From Octopus vulgaris (Eukaryota): a DNA stretch of 64,000 nucleotides. Position numbers and translations under genes: made by a program. Each line of letters begins with the position of its first letter. Position 1 is the first letter of the stretch. Below, piece after piece: positions 25,871 through 39,469 of the stretch. The stretch is taken from positions 42,470,001 through 42,534,000 of the forward strand of contig OX597836.1 of assembly GCA_951406725.2 (NCBI GenBank), read 5' to 3'. The notes below the pieces were generated by a model. That model ran no database searches. It saw only the letters and a program-made list of their open reading frames with translations, and was not told the origin of the DNA.

Positions 25871-27760
25871 TATTATTAAATTTATTATCTTCATTAAGTG
25901 AATTAAATTTTATCTTATTTTAATTTTAATTTTTTATTATTATTACTATTGTTATTATTTTATTTTATAGTCAGCTGTAACTAAATTTGGCGTTAGCTGG
26001 CGGTTTGTTGTAGATTGGGTTAGTGGCAGTGATGCTAATAATAATAATAATAATAATCGCGTACAGTTTGATGTAGGGTCCGGGTAGTTTTGATGAACAA
26101 GTAATACTTGTTATCCTATTTTTATTAATTTTCTTTGATTCATGAAGCTTAAATATTTTCCGTATTTTTCATTAATAAATTCCTTTTAGTCATTTTCATT
26201 AATAATTTATTCTGTTTTTCTACGCAACGTCTCCACGAGTTTTATTTCTTATAAACGCTAAGAACTATTCTTTACGTTTATAATCTAGTGATATTTTCTC
26301 AACTAACTAAGCAACGTTCATTCCTCCATTTCGTGTGGATTTTGCATTGTTTTGGGATTAATATTTAGCTGTTATTAATTTTGTTATTGATTTATTAATA
26401 GGGGTCTGTTAGTTGTAGTTGGGTGTCTTCATGGTAGTTTCTCCATAAGCTGTATTTTTTTCTCACCTTTCTTTAGTTCATGAGGCTTAATTGTGTTTTC
26501 GTTTTTTTCGTATTTTTCATTGATAAAAAGATTTGCCATTTTCATTGAGAATTTATCCTATTTGTTTGCACTTTGTCTTCACGCGTAAAATTTTATAAAC
26601 ACTATTAATTATTTTTTCACGTTTAAAATTCAGTTACATTTTTCTTTCGGCAAGCTAAGTTACAGTTTATTGTTTATCTATTTCATTTGGATTTTGAATC
26701 GTTTTGGGTTTGAAATTATTATTATTATTGTTATTATTATTGTTATTGAAATATTATTATTTATTTATATTTTCTTGATAATTATTATTCATGATCGTTA
26801 TTAGTTATGATATCTATTAATTTTTATGAAGGAATTTAACGTTTTACATATAATTTAATTTGAGAATTAGTTTCGTTAGACTATAGATTATATAATAATT
26901 AAGTAATATTTTTATTAAGTAGTATTACATTTAAGTAAATTAGTTTCTATTCTAATTAATATTATGTTCAACTTTATTATCGTGTGAAATATTAAATCTA
27001 TAGATATTACACATATATATTAATAAAATAGTTAGTTTATATAATGGATTTGTGTATATTTGAACCATTTCCTATTTTTGATTGTATTATTCATGACTTG
27101 GGTATATTAATAAGACGCTAAAACATATATTTTTATACATTTAAAATCCAGATAGATTAATTTAATCGTTGAACTTTGTAACATAGTTTGTTTATCAATA
27201 TTATTTGGATCTTGTATTATTTTGAGTTTGATCGTTGTTATTACTATAATTGTTATTGACTGGATTTGTAGAGGATCGTCGGTTGTGGTTGAATATCTTC
27301 ATAGTGTATTGTTCATTTGTTCTAATATTTTTGCACCTTTCTTTAATTTAAGGGGCTTAGATGTTTCTTAGTAAATAATTAGTAAATAATTTTCGCCATT
27401 ATATCATTTATATATATATTGATAGTTATAAGTAATAATAGTTATTAATCATTATATCTATTTATTTGTAATGATTTATTATTATTTTTTATAAAGGGAT
27501 CTAACGTATTACATTTAACTTAATTTGAGAATTAATTTTGTTAGACAATATATTATTTAATAATTAGGTGGTACATTTATTAAGTAGCATTAAATTTAAA
27601 TAAATTAGGTATTATATTAATTTATATTTAGTCAACTATATTATTGAGAGATATATCAAATCTATAGAAACTACACTTATATATTAATTATAAAGTTAGC
27701 TTATTTAATGAGTTTGTCTATATTTGAACCATTTCTTATTTTGATTACAATATTAATGGC
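25870..27760. mobile_element. Very AT-rich degenerate insertion with internal duplications (probably Penelope-derived), absent from copy C
   Basis: 26830-27110 resembles 27490-27760 and 26130-26400 resembles 26470-26720; composition resembles the Penelope relic at 39470-41300. Confidence 0.4.
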
Positions 27761-28214
27761 TTGTAAGCTGGCAGAATCGTTAGCATGCTGAACAAAATGC
27801 TTAGCGACTTTTCATCCATCTTTACATTCTGAGTTCAAATGCTGCTGAGATCTACTTTGCCTTTCATTCTTTCAGAATCAATAAATTTAGTACCAGTGAA
27901 ACACTGGGGTCGATGTAATCGATTAGGCACCTTCCCCAAAATTTCAGGCCGTTAGTAGAAAGGATTAATATTATTATTATTCCCCTGGGGCAGTAAAGAT
28001 TTGAAATCATTAATATTTTTCAGAAAAACATTGATTTCATATTTTGGCACAAGGCTAGCAATTTCTGGGAAGAGGAAAATTGATTTGAACTCAGAACACG
28101 AAGACAGACAAAATGCCACCAAGCATTCTGTTTAGTGTGCTAATGGTTCTGCCAGCTCACCACATTATCCCTACAGACAAAATATTAACACATGTTACTG
28201 TCTTTGTCTTTTAG

Positions 28215-28371
28215 ATAACATTAAAAGCCTCAAATATACTGATGCTATGTCACCCTAGAGATTCAAGACAGTTTTTCCAAGCATGTCTACAAAACTCCCT
28301 GTTATTTGGTAATGAAGAAGAACAAGCGTTTATGAATATAGCATATGGTGTATCATTGACAGATTTACCAG
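28215..28371 (+). CDS. Copy B coding exon 3 (helical/TPR-like)
   Basis: TTTTAG|ATA ACA...CCA G|GTATGA; ITLKASNILMLCHPRDSRQFFQACLQNSLLFGNEEEQAFMNIAYGVSLTDLP; conserved in copy C. Confidence 0.85.
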
Positions 28372-28689
28372 GTATGATATGACGATGGTGTGTAGATTTT
28401 GTCATTCCACTGATGTAGATAATATGCTTAACAGGAATATTGAGCATTTAGCACCATTCTTTGTATATTTTGCTAAATACTGAAGAAGTGCTTACAAGAT
28501 TATGTAATGTTTCTAAAGGCAATTACGTAATACTAGCAGTAATTTTCCAAAATACGTGTATGCTTTATAAAGCATGAAATTCCCTGTTTTCTATAATTTA
28601 TTAACATTCTATAAATATATTCATACATGCATGCACACATCCATATGTATGAACATATATACATATTTATGTATTTCTTTATATGTCCT

Positions 28690-29060
28690 CTGCATTCAGA
28701 GGTTAGAGAGGAATGAGGTTAGTATGCTCTGCTGCATGTGCAATGTAAGTGTACATGTGCAACAGTGTGCTAGTGTGCTGAGAAAAAAAAATTGGCTTAA
28801 GAGACATTAGATGCAGCGTGCAGGAGAGAAGAATGCACTGGTTTGGTCATGTGATGAGGATGGATGTTAACAGTTCCATAAAGAAGTGCCAATAATTGAA
28901 AGTGGATGGAACTCATGGAAGAGGAAGATTTAGGAAGACATGGGACGAAATACTGAAGGATGGCCTCGGGACACTAAACCTCGTGGAAGAGATGACAAAG
29001 GACCAAAACATCTGGTGCTTTGCCATACACAAGAAGATCCATACTCCACAGCAGAAGTAT
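28690..29060 (+). mobile_element. RTE-type LINE 3' fragment
   Basis: Degenerate RLERNEVSML...WFGHVMRM...GRGR...W region. Confidence 0.65.
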
Positions 29061-30314
29061 TGATACTGCCTCCCCTATTCAAAAGGAGTGGCCTGGAAGG
29101 ACCCTGGGCCAGTGCCATATTAAATGCACCCAGCACACACTGTAAATTGTTGGCGTTAGGAAGAGCATCCAGCCGTAGCAACCAAGCCGAATCCAACGGC
29201 TAAGTTACAGGGACATAAACACACCAACACTAGTTTTCAAGTGGTGGTGGGGAACAGAGACACAAAGATACAGACACATAGGTATATGTATATATACAAC
29301 GGGTTTCTTTCAGTTTCCATCAACCAAATTGCCTCACAAGGCTTTGGTCAGCCCAGAAACACAGACACTGTCAAATCACCCAGAGGATCACAGGTCACTC
29401 CCTCAGGTCCCCCTGAAAAAATTCATACTAGCTCCCGTACCTATATGATGGGAAAATATCAAGTATTAAGTCAATATCCTTGATAGTTTTGAAATTTTAG
29501 GCCTTTATGATATTAAATAATTTTACATCTTTTCCCGAACGAGTCTCTCAGATCAGCTTGAGACATTTATTATTCTTCTAGTATGGCAAGCACAACTTTG
29601 AAGCCATCTGTTTTGGGGTTACCTTCAAAAATATCTTACTAAATCAAGAGTATTTTGCAAATTTTTCCATCTACAGCCTTTGAAAGTTGCACATTTAATT
29701 CTTGGCAGCTTTTAGGTACACAAGATTTGAGAGAGATTTGGCTGGTGTTTCTAACAGATCAGGCTACTATGTAGGAGCCCCCATTCCTTTGGTATGCTGC
29801 TTTTGCTGTTGAGCGAACGGTCTTCGTCCCAGAGCTCGCAAGATGGGAGAAACGTTGTCCTTTGCTATTCGTAAGGCCCGCAGAAGAGAAATCAGGTCAA
29901 CCCCCGACACCGAGAGCATCGACGGATGGATGAATGCGCACCCAGGCTCAGCGGTTGCGTAGGAAGTCGGGGACTGCTGCTGTTGTTGGTGTTTTGTTGC
30001 TGACCTCCAGGTCAGTTTTGATAGAATGACCTACGATCAAAGGTGTTCGTTCTATCTGATCATACCATTTGCTATGTATACCTAGGACTATATCATGTAG
30101 TGTGATCTTCCTTTTTGTAAGAAAACTCGGTGATTTGAGTGAAATTTAGCTGTTATTTCTGACAATATTGAGTTACTGTTTGAGGCTACCATTGCCAGTG
30201 ATGTTGTATGTTGCTTTTTTATTATTTGTAGATGTTGCTGTTGTTGTTGTTGTAGGTGTAGCTATTACTTTGGGTATCATTGTAACACAGAATATTTCCT
30301 TGTGTTTTCCACAG

Positions 30315-30462
30315 GTTATGGAGGATACAAAGAAGCCATGGAGCACTACAAGAAGGCTTTGGATGTAATGAAATCGAGAAACATCCAGTACCGACAGATG
30401 CTGCTGTACAATAGCATGGCTTACAATGCCTATATGCGGGGCAATTATGTGGAAGCCTTGAA
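30315..30462 (+). CDS. Copy B coding exon 4 (TPR)
   Basis: CCACAG|GT TAT...TTG AA|GTATGT; GYKEAMEHYKKALDV...LYNSMAYNAYMRGNYVEAL fits the TPR pattern; conserved in copy C. Confidence 0.85.
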
Positions 30463-30925
30463 GTATGTTGTACAAGTCAGATGAAAATCTCTCCCTCCCT
30501 GCCGCTCTCTGTCTGTCTCTGTCTCTGTCTCTCTCCCTCTCCCTCTCTATCAATCTATCTATCTATCTCTGTCTTATATCTATTATACTATCTCCCAACC
30601 TTCTTTTCTCTTATTCTCTATTTTCCTTTCTTCCTCGTTCATCTCTAACTTTTCCTCACTCCCACTTTTGTCCTTTAGTATCGTGCGCACTAATTAACAT
30701 GTAATACTCAACTTATTAATTATCATCATCATCATCATCATATTATACTTATATATTTAGGCGCAGGAGTGGCTGTGTGGTAAGTAGCTTGCTTACCAAC
30801 CATATTGTTCCGGGTTCAGTCCCACTGTGTGGCACCTTGGGCAAGTGTCTTTTCTATAGCCTCAGGCCGACCAAAGCCTTGTGATTGGATTTGGGAGACA
30901 GAAACTGAAGAAGCCCGTCGTATAT

Positions 30926-30972
<47 letters not shown>

Positions 30973-31046
30973 CACTAGGGTGATAAGAATTATAGAAATT
31001 ATTATTACCAGGGGCCTAGCACAGAAAAGAATTAGTCAATAGACTA

Positions 31047-31683
31047 CCGTATTTGACGGCATATAGGACGCACTTTTTTCCAAAAAATTTGGCTCAAAAA
31101 ATCGCCCTGCGTCTAATATGCGAAGTCAAGACCCTCCCGTAGGCTAATCTTCTCCCAGACGGTCACTAACCTAGCTTACAATAAGTATTTCTACCTACGC
31201 TAACGCCTTAATGATATTTTTCGTACTCATGCATCGTTATTTTATTGCTATTATTATTATTATTATTATTACCAGTATTATTACTTTAAAATACGAATTA
31301 TCGTAAAAATCAAAGCAATCTACCGTAAATTGTTAGGCTGCGATCCATGACACACGTTTACTAATATCAGCTGATCGGAACCCTAACTCGATGCCATCTG
31401 ACGGTGAGGAGTAAAACTACGGAATGCACATGATCGTTGCGAGTTCGTGTATATAGGGAGGTAGGTTGGATATCTTGGTACAACAAAGTTTATGATCATA
31501 ACAAAACACACTACAACAGTACAAGCACCCTCACAGCAATGTTTTCTGCTTTTGTAATGTGCTGCTAGACTGCTTTCAACAATATATGCTTAAATACACT
31601 TAAAACTTTTTTTCCTGAATTTGACCTGCTGAAATGAGGGTGCGTCTAATATGCCAGTGCGTCTAATATGCCGTCAAATACGG
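31047..31683. mobile_element. Non-autonomous pogo/Tc2-type MITE
   Basis: TIRs CCGTATTTGACGGCATA.../...TATGCCGTCAAATACGG with a TA TSD. Confidence 0.85.
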
Positions 31684-32020
31684 TATATATTATTCACATA
31701 AAAATATCGTGTACATTAGAACACATCAAGAGGCCTCCAAATAGAAAAGCCTTGTGCTATTGACTAATTCTTGTGCTATTGACTAATTCTTTTTTTTTTT
31801 TGTGCTAGGCCACTGGTAATAATCTTTTATATAATTCTTATTACCCTAATGTTATTGATTATGTTTAAATATTTTTTGATAAATTTGTTCGAAATTTTAC
31901 CGACTTTCCCTCTGTCGCCGGAAATAATCTGCATCTGCGCAGTGGTTTGAAAAGTTAGGATATACATACAGCTAATTTACATGTGGATCTAGTCGTGTGT
32001 ATATTTGAAATCTAAAGGCT

Positions 32021-32091
32021 TTCCTACTGACGAAAACTAGCCTCAGTAAATATTTTTTTACTGGAATTAGTTGGAAACCATGATCTAGGAA
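32021..32091 (+). ncRNA. Hammerhead ribozyme motif in intron 4 of copy B
   Basis: TTCCTA-CTGACGA-stem II (AACTA/TAGTT, CAGTAAA/TTTACTG)-GAAA-CCATGA-TC-TAGGAA; stem III imperfect. Confidence 0.6.
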
Positions 32092-32278
32092 CTAAATGAG
32101 ATGATAAACATTTTTAATTTTCATTCCTTTCGAGAATTTATCCCTAATTAGTGGTTTGAGTTTTCTACTGATGATGATGATGATGATGATGATGGTGGTG
32201 GTAGCGGTATCAATGCTGATAATGATGATGATGATGATGATGATGAGGATGATGATAACTGCTTGATTTGTTCCTCAG

Positions 32279-32388
32279 TTTTGCAGAAACAGGTTACAAC
32301 ATGACCGTTAATGATGCGAGCCCCCAGATGGTGCAGGATGCGAAGATCAGATGTGCCTCTACCCTGGCCTACAACCTCTCATTTGTTG
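32279..32388 (+). CDS. Copy B coding exon 5 (TPR)
   Basis: CCTCAG|T TTT GCA...GTT G|GTAATA; phase 2 to phase 1, compatible with both neighbours; FAETGYNM...ASTLAYNLSFV. Confidence 0.75.
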
Positions 32389-33321
32389 GTAATAACTGTA
32401 TTATGTCTCTCATGGTGGTGGTGGTTTTATTTGGCCCCAGGTCAGCACTTGTTGAGCAGATCTATGATCAAACGTCTACCAGCTTTGAATAATTTACAAG
32501 GGATACATTGTCTAATGTGCCCTTTTATTAATAAGGCAGTGATTTGCAGGGGAAGTTTTGATTGTTATCTATTTCTAGCAAGTTGAGTAACCACATAAAG
32601 GCTTCTTTATTGATTTGTGGTCATATGTAGTATTTGAAAGATTGTGGTTTGAGTCTGGTAATAGTTGTGATGAGTGGAGGCACGGGTCTTAGTGATTAGG
32701 TTGTTAGACTCGTGATCATAAGATTGTGGTTTCAATTCCTGGAGTGGGCGATGTGTTGTGTTCTTGAATAAAATACTTCATTTTCTCATTGCTCCAGTCC
32801 AGTCAGCTGGCAAAAAGTGAGTAATCCTGCAAGGTACTGGTGTCCTATCCAGGTGGGAAATATTTACGCCATGGAAACTGGGAAACGCCCTTAAGAGTTG
32901 GCATGACTCAAAAAGAGGGGGGGAAATAAAAGTAATTGCCATGCATGAGAAGATATGTTAGAGTGGTAGTAGTGGTGGTGGTGGTGGTGGTGGTCATCAT
33001 TGTGGTTGTGGTTGTAGTTACACATGGTAGATGTTTGTTATTTAACCCCAGGTTAGGCCCTTATCCAGTAGACCTATGACCAAATGTGAATCATATCTCG
33101 TCTTTTATTCTGACATCATCCGGCTACATGCTGATGGTGTTGTTGTTGTTGTTGTTTAGCCAGGGGCCTGTCTCCTGACTATGTGCATCTCTGACATGTA
33201 GGTAAACCGACTGCAAGACTAGTTACAATACTCAGACCCATAGCCCCACATGTACCATGTATGCAAGGCTGAAGACTACATTATAGATTCTGTCATGTGG
33301 TTGTTAAGTGTATGTGGACAT

Positions 33322-33760
33322 GAGGGGATGCTGAGAAAGTTCCTGGCTTTGAGTTAAAGAAAATAGAGGAGGATCAGTTAATCATGATTTTATTCAACAT
33401 ATTCCCCTTGCAGATTCTCACATTTGCTGCAGAGGTCCTTCAGTTTTTCTAAGTCCTGTAAAAGAACTCAAAATTTGGGCCCCACGATATCCTTAAAACC
33501 AGGAACTTTTCAGCACCTCCTCATAAAACATGTGATTATATACATACAAGAGGACGCTGAAAAGTTCCTGGCTTTGAGTCAAGGGAAGTGCAGGAGTATC
33601 AGCTAATTATGATTTTAGTCAACTTTTCCCCATCTCAGATTCACACACTTACCGCAGTGGTCCTTTAGTTTTTCTAAATCCTGTAAGAGAACTTGGAAGA
33701 TTGGACCTTCAAACAGGCCTTTTGTGATATCCTTACAGTCAGGAACTTTTCAGCACTCCA
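33322..33760. mobile_element. Two adjacent short mariner-type MITEs
   Basis: Each unit is bounded by GCTGA(G/A)AAGTTCCTGG ... CAGGAACTTTTCAGCAC inverted repeats. Confidence 0.7.
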
Positions 33761-33922
33761 TTGTATAGTGCAGCTGTGTGAACATGTTTAACTTTTACCT
33801 GTCCAGGTGTACCAATGATAAATGTGTTTATATATTCATACAATGATTCTTCTTCTTCTTCTTCTTCTTCTTCTTCTTCTTCTTCTTCTTCTTCTTCTTC
33901 TTCTTCTTCTTCTTCTTTGCAG

Positions 33923-34036
33923 GTTATTATGATAAATGTGAGAAATTATTGACAGAAAACCTAGAGAAAATGTCAGACATGACTACTCCTCTTTTATCTA
34001 CAATGCTGAATACAATGGGTGTTAATTACGAAAGGA
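33923..34036 (+). CDS. Copy B coding exon 6 (TPR)
   Basis: (TTC)n-TGCAG acceptor, GTAAGT donor, 114 nt, phase 1-1; GYYDKCEKLLTENLEK...STMLNTMGVNYER. Confidence 0.85.
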
Positions 34037-34690
34037 GTAAGTATGGTACCACCAGCCCCCTTTTTTCCCCTAAATATTTTGTTACTTTCTGTTTAAGCAC
34101 AGGTGTGGCTGTATGGTGAAGAGTTTGCTCTCCTAATAACATGGTTTTGAGTTCAGTCCCACTGCATGGCACCTTGGGTAGATGGTTTCCACTATGGCCC
34201 TGAGCCAACCAAAGTCAATTTGTGAGTGGATGTGGTTGATAGAAACTGAAAGAAGGTGGGGAGCTGGCAGAAACGTTAGCACGCCGGGCGAAATGCTTAG
34301 CGGTATTTCATCTGCGTTACGTTGTGAGTTCAAATTCCGCCGAGGTCGACTTTGCCTTTCATCCTTTCGGGGTCGATAAATTAAGTACCAGTTACGCACT
34401 GGGGTCGATGTAATCGACTTAATACCTATGTCTGTCCTTGTTTGTCCCCTCTGTGTTTAGCCCGTTGTGGGTAATAAAGAAATAGGTATTTCGTCTGCCG
34501 TTACGTTCTGAGTTCAAATTGCCCCAAGGTCGACTTTGCCTTTCATCCTTTCGGGGTCGATAAATTAAGTACTAGTTATGCACTGGTGTCGTTGTAATCG
34601 ACTTAATCCCTTTGTCTGTCCTTGTTTGTCCCCTCTATGTTTAGCCCCTTGTGGGCAATAAAGAAATAAGAAACTGAAAGAAGCCCCATA

Positions 34691-35320
34691 CAGGGTGTTG
34701 ATGGTAATTGAAGACACGTGCATTTTTAGTCATTATTTTATTCGACTAACTTTTATAAAATTTCTGTTTCAGAAAATAACAAATGACAAGCCCTATGCTT
34801 ACTAATGAAATGAAAAGGTATGCAGTGATTGGGGCTTTGAAGGCCAAGTATGGGGATTTAGAAATTTCTCATTTTCTGAAAGTTGCAAGATCTTCTGTCC
34901 ACATTATTCGGTGTGAGTTAGAGAAAGAAGATGGAAGCATATTACCTGTATCAAAACGTAAAAGACATTCCAAATGCTGCGATTCTATCAGGATTCCGGA
35001 ATTTATTCAGGATGTTAAGCAAAACATTGAAGACAATCCAGGAAAATCAATGAGGTTAATTGCAATTAATTTCGAGTGTCAGAGAAAAAGCAATCAGAAA
35101 TGTTGTGCATGAAGACATCAGATACAAATCTTATGTGATGAGGAAAGGTCAATTCATGTCAGGAAAAAAAAAAAAAGAAGGAAACCGTTTAACAAGATCC
35201 GAAGCACTTTTGAACAAATTTAAAAATTCATCAGATGATGATGTGATTTGGTTTTTCCCAGATGAGAAAATCTTTGACCAGGACCAGAAAACTAACCGAA
35301 GAAATGACACCGAAACAATT
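34691..35320 (+). mobile_element. Truncated, frameshifted Tc1/mariner-superfamily transposase
   Basis: TA-CAGGGTG start; HTH-like EISHFLKVARSSV and NPGKSMR, then WFFPDEKIF (first catalytic D). Confidence 0.7.
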
Positions 35321-36442
35321 TTCTTTAGGTTAGAAGGACCAAAATTTTCATGTGAAATGCAGCAGAATTTAGAAAGACAGTGACAATGTTTGAATGTTTA
35401 TACTACATGTTTACATGTTTACATATTATATTAAATTGGTTTGCTTGCTAGAAAATATGTTGTGACCTAATCTTTCAAACAGACAAATCCCAAATGCTGT
35501 TGTTGTGTGAGCTCAGAGGATCAGAAGCTGTTGTAGTGGCAATAGAGACAATAGAAAGAAGTGACAGCAGACTTGTGGGCCAGGGGCTGGTGCGTGTCTG
35601 TTTCTGATTGAAAAACAGCTTTGAAAACCATGCCAAAACTGACCCTGCCCATGCTGGTGCCATGTAAAAAGTACTCAGTACACTCTATACAGTAGTTGGT
35701 GTTAGGAAGGGCATCCAGCTGTAGAAACCAAACCAAGTGGCCCTTGGCCTTATCAGTTCCTGTCAAGCTATCCAACGCATGCCAGCATGGAAAGCGGATG
35801 TTAGATTTTTGATGATGATGAAGTTCAAGAATTATAAATAACAATTAACCATTTCATTATCATATTTCTAATGAAATACATTTCCACTAATTCAGAAAGT
35901 TTATTTAGTGAATTCTTTTAAATTAATTTTGAGAATAATGAAGAATTTAGTAAGATAACTTTGTCATTCCTAAGCTGGTGTTTGAACCATGAACTGTCTG
36001 GAAATCTTGATGAAATGTTTTAATTCTGATCACTTTAAAACAGGAAGTTTGCGTCATAGAACTAGGGGTGCTTTTGGGTAGGTCAGTATGAAAGGGTTGA
36101 AAGGGATGATGTCAGGGAGATAGAGAACACCTAACTGTTGATGAAATTTTCCACTGAATTTGTTGTCGATTCATGTAAACTTTTCTTAACATCCTCTGGA
36201 TTACAAAATGAAGAATCTTATCAATATTTTTTTCTCTAGTTCTACGTAGAATTGTTTGTTCTTAGAACTTACCAACCAGTTGTTTCCCTAAAATATGACA
36301 CGATTTTACATCCATTTTCAAATCCTGACTGCATCATATTCAAGTTTAGCTTATCCTAAACTAATTTAACTAAAAATCTCACAACTATATTCAAGGCTTT
36401 GTCTATACATTATTTATATTATTTCATTTTCTCTTTCAACAG

Positions 36443-36586
36443 ATGGTTTTCAATATGAGAAAGCTTATGAATTTTATAATGCTGCACTTAGTGAAAGATT
36501 GAAAATTGTTACTGTAAATCCCAAGATATCTGTGATAGCATACTGTAATGTAGCAAAGTTATTATCCCGAAACTTTGGCAAACACA
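36443..36586 (+). CDS. Copy B coding exon 7 (TPR)
   Basis: CAACAG acceptor, GTAAGT donor, 144 nt, phase 1-1; QYEKAYEFYNAALSERLK...AYCNVAKLL. Confidence 0.85.
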
Positions 36587-37047
36587 GTAAGTAAATAGTC
36601 TTAAGTTGTAAGTAAAATCTAAAACTACTTAAAATATTTGTTTGATTTCTTTATTAATATTTCTCCTTCTTAAGATGGTGAACTATCAAAATTACCAACA
36701 TGTTGAGCAAAGTTCTTAGTGGTATTTTGTCCGTTTATATGTTCTGAGTTCAAATTCTGTCAAGGTTGACTTTGCTTTTCATCCTTTTGAGGTCAATAAA
36801 ATAAGTACCAGTTGTATACTGGGATCAATGTAACTGATTTACCCACCTCCCCTGAACTTGCTAACTCTGTGCCATAATTTGAAACCAATATTTCATACAA
36901 TCAACATGACTTTACCTTTCATCCTTTCGGGGTCAATAAAGCAGGTACCAGTCAAACACTGGGGTTGATGTAATCAACTTACCCCCTCCCCAAAATTGCT
37001 GGCTTTGTGCCAAAATTTGAAGTTAATATTTCTCTTTCTTCTTCCAG

Positions 37048-37159
37048 ATAAAGCACTTCAACTCCTGTTCAGTGCCAAGAATATCCAAAAGAAGCATAGC
37101 TGGCTACACATGAACACCTCCTTGGTATTGCATTACATTGGTCGTGTGTATCTGAGAAT
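37048..37159 (+). CDS. Copy B coding exon 8 (TPR)
   Basis: TTCCAG acceptor, GTAAGT donor; KALQLLFSAKNIQKK...SLVLHYIGRVYLR. Confidence 0.85.
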
Positions 37160-37215
37160 GTAAGTACTTTGGTTTGATCAGCCTCTTTGGTCAAGTGCAT
37201 TTGAGATTGGAAGTA

Positions 37216-37781
37216 TTGGGTTGTCTGGAAAGTTCGTGCCGATTTATAGTAGCTTACATTTCGACTTTAGAACATGGTTGATTCCATAAAACAGGATTTT
37301 ACTACACCGCCATTTAGAGCACAGTTTAAGCTATCTTTTCCTGGAAGAAGGTTTATGTTCCTATAAACTGTGTTAATTCTGTAACCCTTTAAAATGGAAG
37401 ATAAGAAAGTTCATTTTCGGCACTTGATGCTTTGGGAACCAGACAAAAATTGCTGCAGTTTGGCTGGGATGTGTTACTCCACCCTCCATATTCACCGGAT
37501 ATTGCTCCTTCGGATTTCCAGTTATTCAGGTCTCTGCCGAATAGTAAAAATTTCAATTTCTTGGATGACGTAAAAAGATACCTTGAAACCACCTCAATTC
37601 TGGGAAGATACCATGAAACCACCTCAATTCTGGGAAGAAGGTATTTTCAAGTTAAAGGAAAGATGGAGATGCATTGTGCAACAAAATGGTTCATATTTGG
37701 TTGATTAAAAATGTAATGGCAAGTATTTATTGACCTTTTTCTTTCCTTTAAAAATCGGCAAGAACTTTCTAGACAACCCAA
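37216..37781 (+). mobile_element. Internally deleted mariner element
   Basis: TIRs TTGGGTTGTCTGGAAAGTTC.../...GAACTTTCTAGACAACCCAA, TA TSD, HPPYSPDIAPSDF motif. Confidence 0.9.
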
Positions 37782-38914
37782 TAATTCTCCACATCGAGTC
37801 AACAAAATGCATGGTAGCTTGATACAAAGGCTTAAAACAAGGGTTGGATTGAACAAGAAGATGCCCAGCACCTTGCCGTACTGAAGAATACCCGTACTCC
37901 GCTGCAGAAGTGTTAAGATTGATCCTTCTGGTGGTGCAAAGCACATGTGGTGGTACCATATAAATGCGCCTGTGCAGTGTCATGTAATATCACCCACATG
38001 GTTCCGTGTAAAGGCGCCCATGTGGTGCAATGTAAAAGCAACCAGCACATCTGTGAAGGGGTTGGTGTTAGGAAGGGCATCCAGCTATAGAAACCTTGCC
38101 AAATCAGACTGGGGTCTGATGCAGCTCCCCACCTTGCCAGTTCTGGTCAAATCATCCAGGTACCAGTCAAACACTGGACAACGGACATTACATGATGATG
38201 ATGAACATATACATACATTGCTCCATGTTTGCTGCCATATGACACATGTCTGGAGCATGCAGCCATTAGTATGACCATATAAGGAGTTTGTGTATTGGAA
38301 CTCTTCTCTGCACTCACGGAAGAGAGACTTTCTTACTATTAACACATGCGCAAAAGCATATCTGTGTGTGTGTATGTATGTGTGGGTCTCCTTGAGAACA
38401 ACAAGGTTCCCAGCATGTTGGTCCTATGTCATCTCAACTGAAAGTTTTAGAATCCTGAGTTCATTCCTCAGTACTTCTTCCCGTGTCTTCAAGATATGTA
38501 TCTACGTGTGTGTGTCTTTGTGTCTGTGTTTGTCCCCCACATCACCGCTTGACCACTGGTGTTAGTGTGCTTACGTCCCTGTAACTTAGCTGTTCAGCAA
38601 AAGAGACTGATAGAATAAGTAGTGGGGGTCGATTCATTTGAGTAAAAAATTCTTCCTGGCAATGCCCCAGCATGGCCGCAATCTAATGAATGAAGCAAAT
38701 AAAAGTTTCAAAATAAATATATTTTTTAAAATTTTTATTTCATTTTCCCTCTGATAGTGTGTGTATCTACCAATCACTACCACCACCACCACCACCTCTA
38801 CCACTAACACCACTACCACTGCTACCATTACTATTACAACAACCACCATCATCATCACCACTACTACTTTTGACTTGATATTACCATTAAACCACTATGG
38901 CCATCATATTCCAG

Positions 38915-39179
38915 GCATGAAATCTCCTACAGCCTGACATTTTTTCATGAGGCTTTGGAGATCTACAACCAGATAAACCCAAACTACACCGGAAAGATGG
39001 ATGTCATTCATGCGATTGCGCACTGCTATCTGCTGAAAGAGGAATTCGATAATGCCACGAGTTGTTTCCAGGACATATTGAATGGTAACACCGACCATTT
39101 GTTGAGCAGCGTATCAGCGGTTGAAGGTTTCTCAATGGCTTTAGAACACCTGGTTTATCTCAATTTGGAAAATCCTCAG
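38915..39179 (+). CDS. Copy B coding exon 9 (TPR)
   Basis: TTCCAG acceptor, CAG|GTATGG donor (phase 0); SLTFFHEALEIYNQI...IHAIAHCYLLKEEFDNATSCFQDIL. Confidence 0.85.
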
Positions 39180-39469
39180 GTATGGTTAATTATCACATAT
39201 GTTGTAATTGTTGATTAATTGCGGGATTCATTGATGATTGATAGATTGATGGATTGATTAATGGATATATGGGTTGAGTGAAAGATGGAGGGAGGGATTT
39301 CTGCAGTGGTTTTTGTTCCTTTTGCTGAAAGGTTTGCAAGGCACCAGTAGGCCTCAAGAGACGCATTCCCGTCCATAGAACATGATTACTGCTTTAGTTC
39401 ACTGCACCCTCAGTTGTCATTCACGATGAGAGAATCCATCATAGCTATATTTACAAATTGATAATAATA

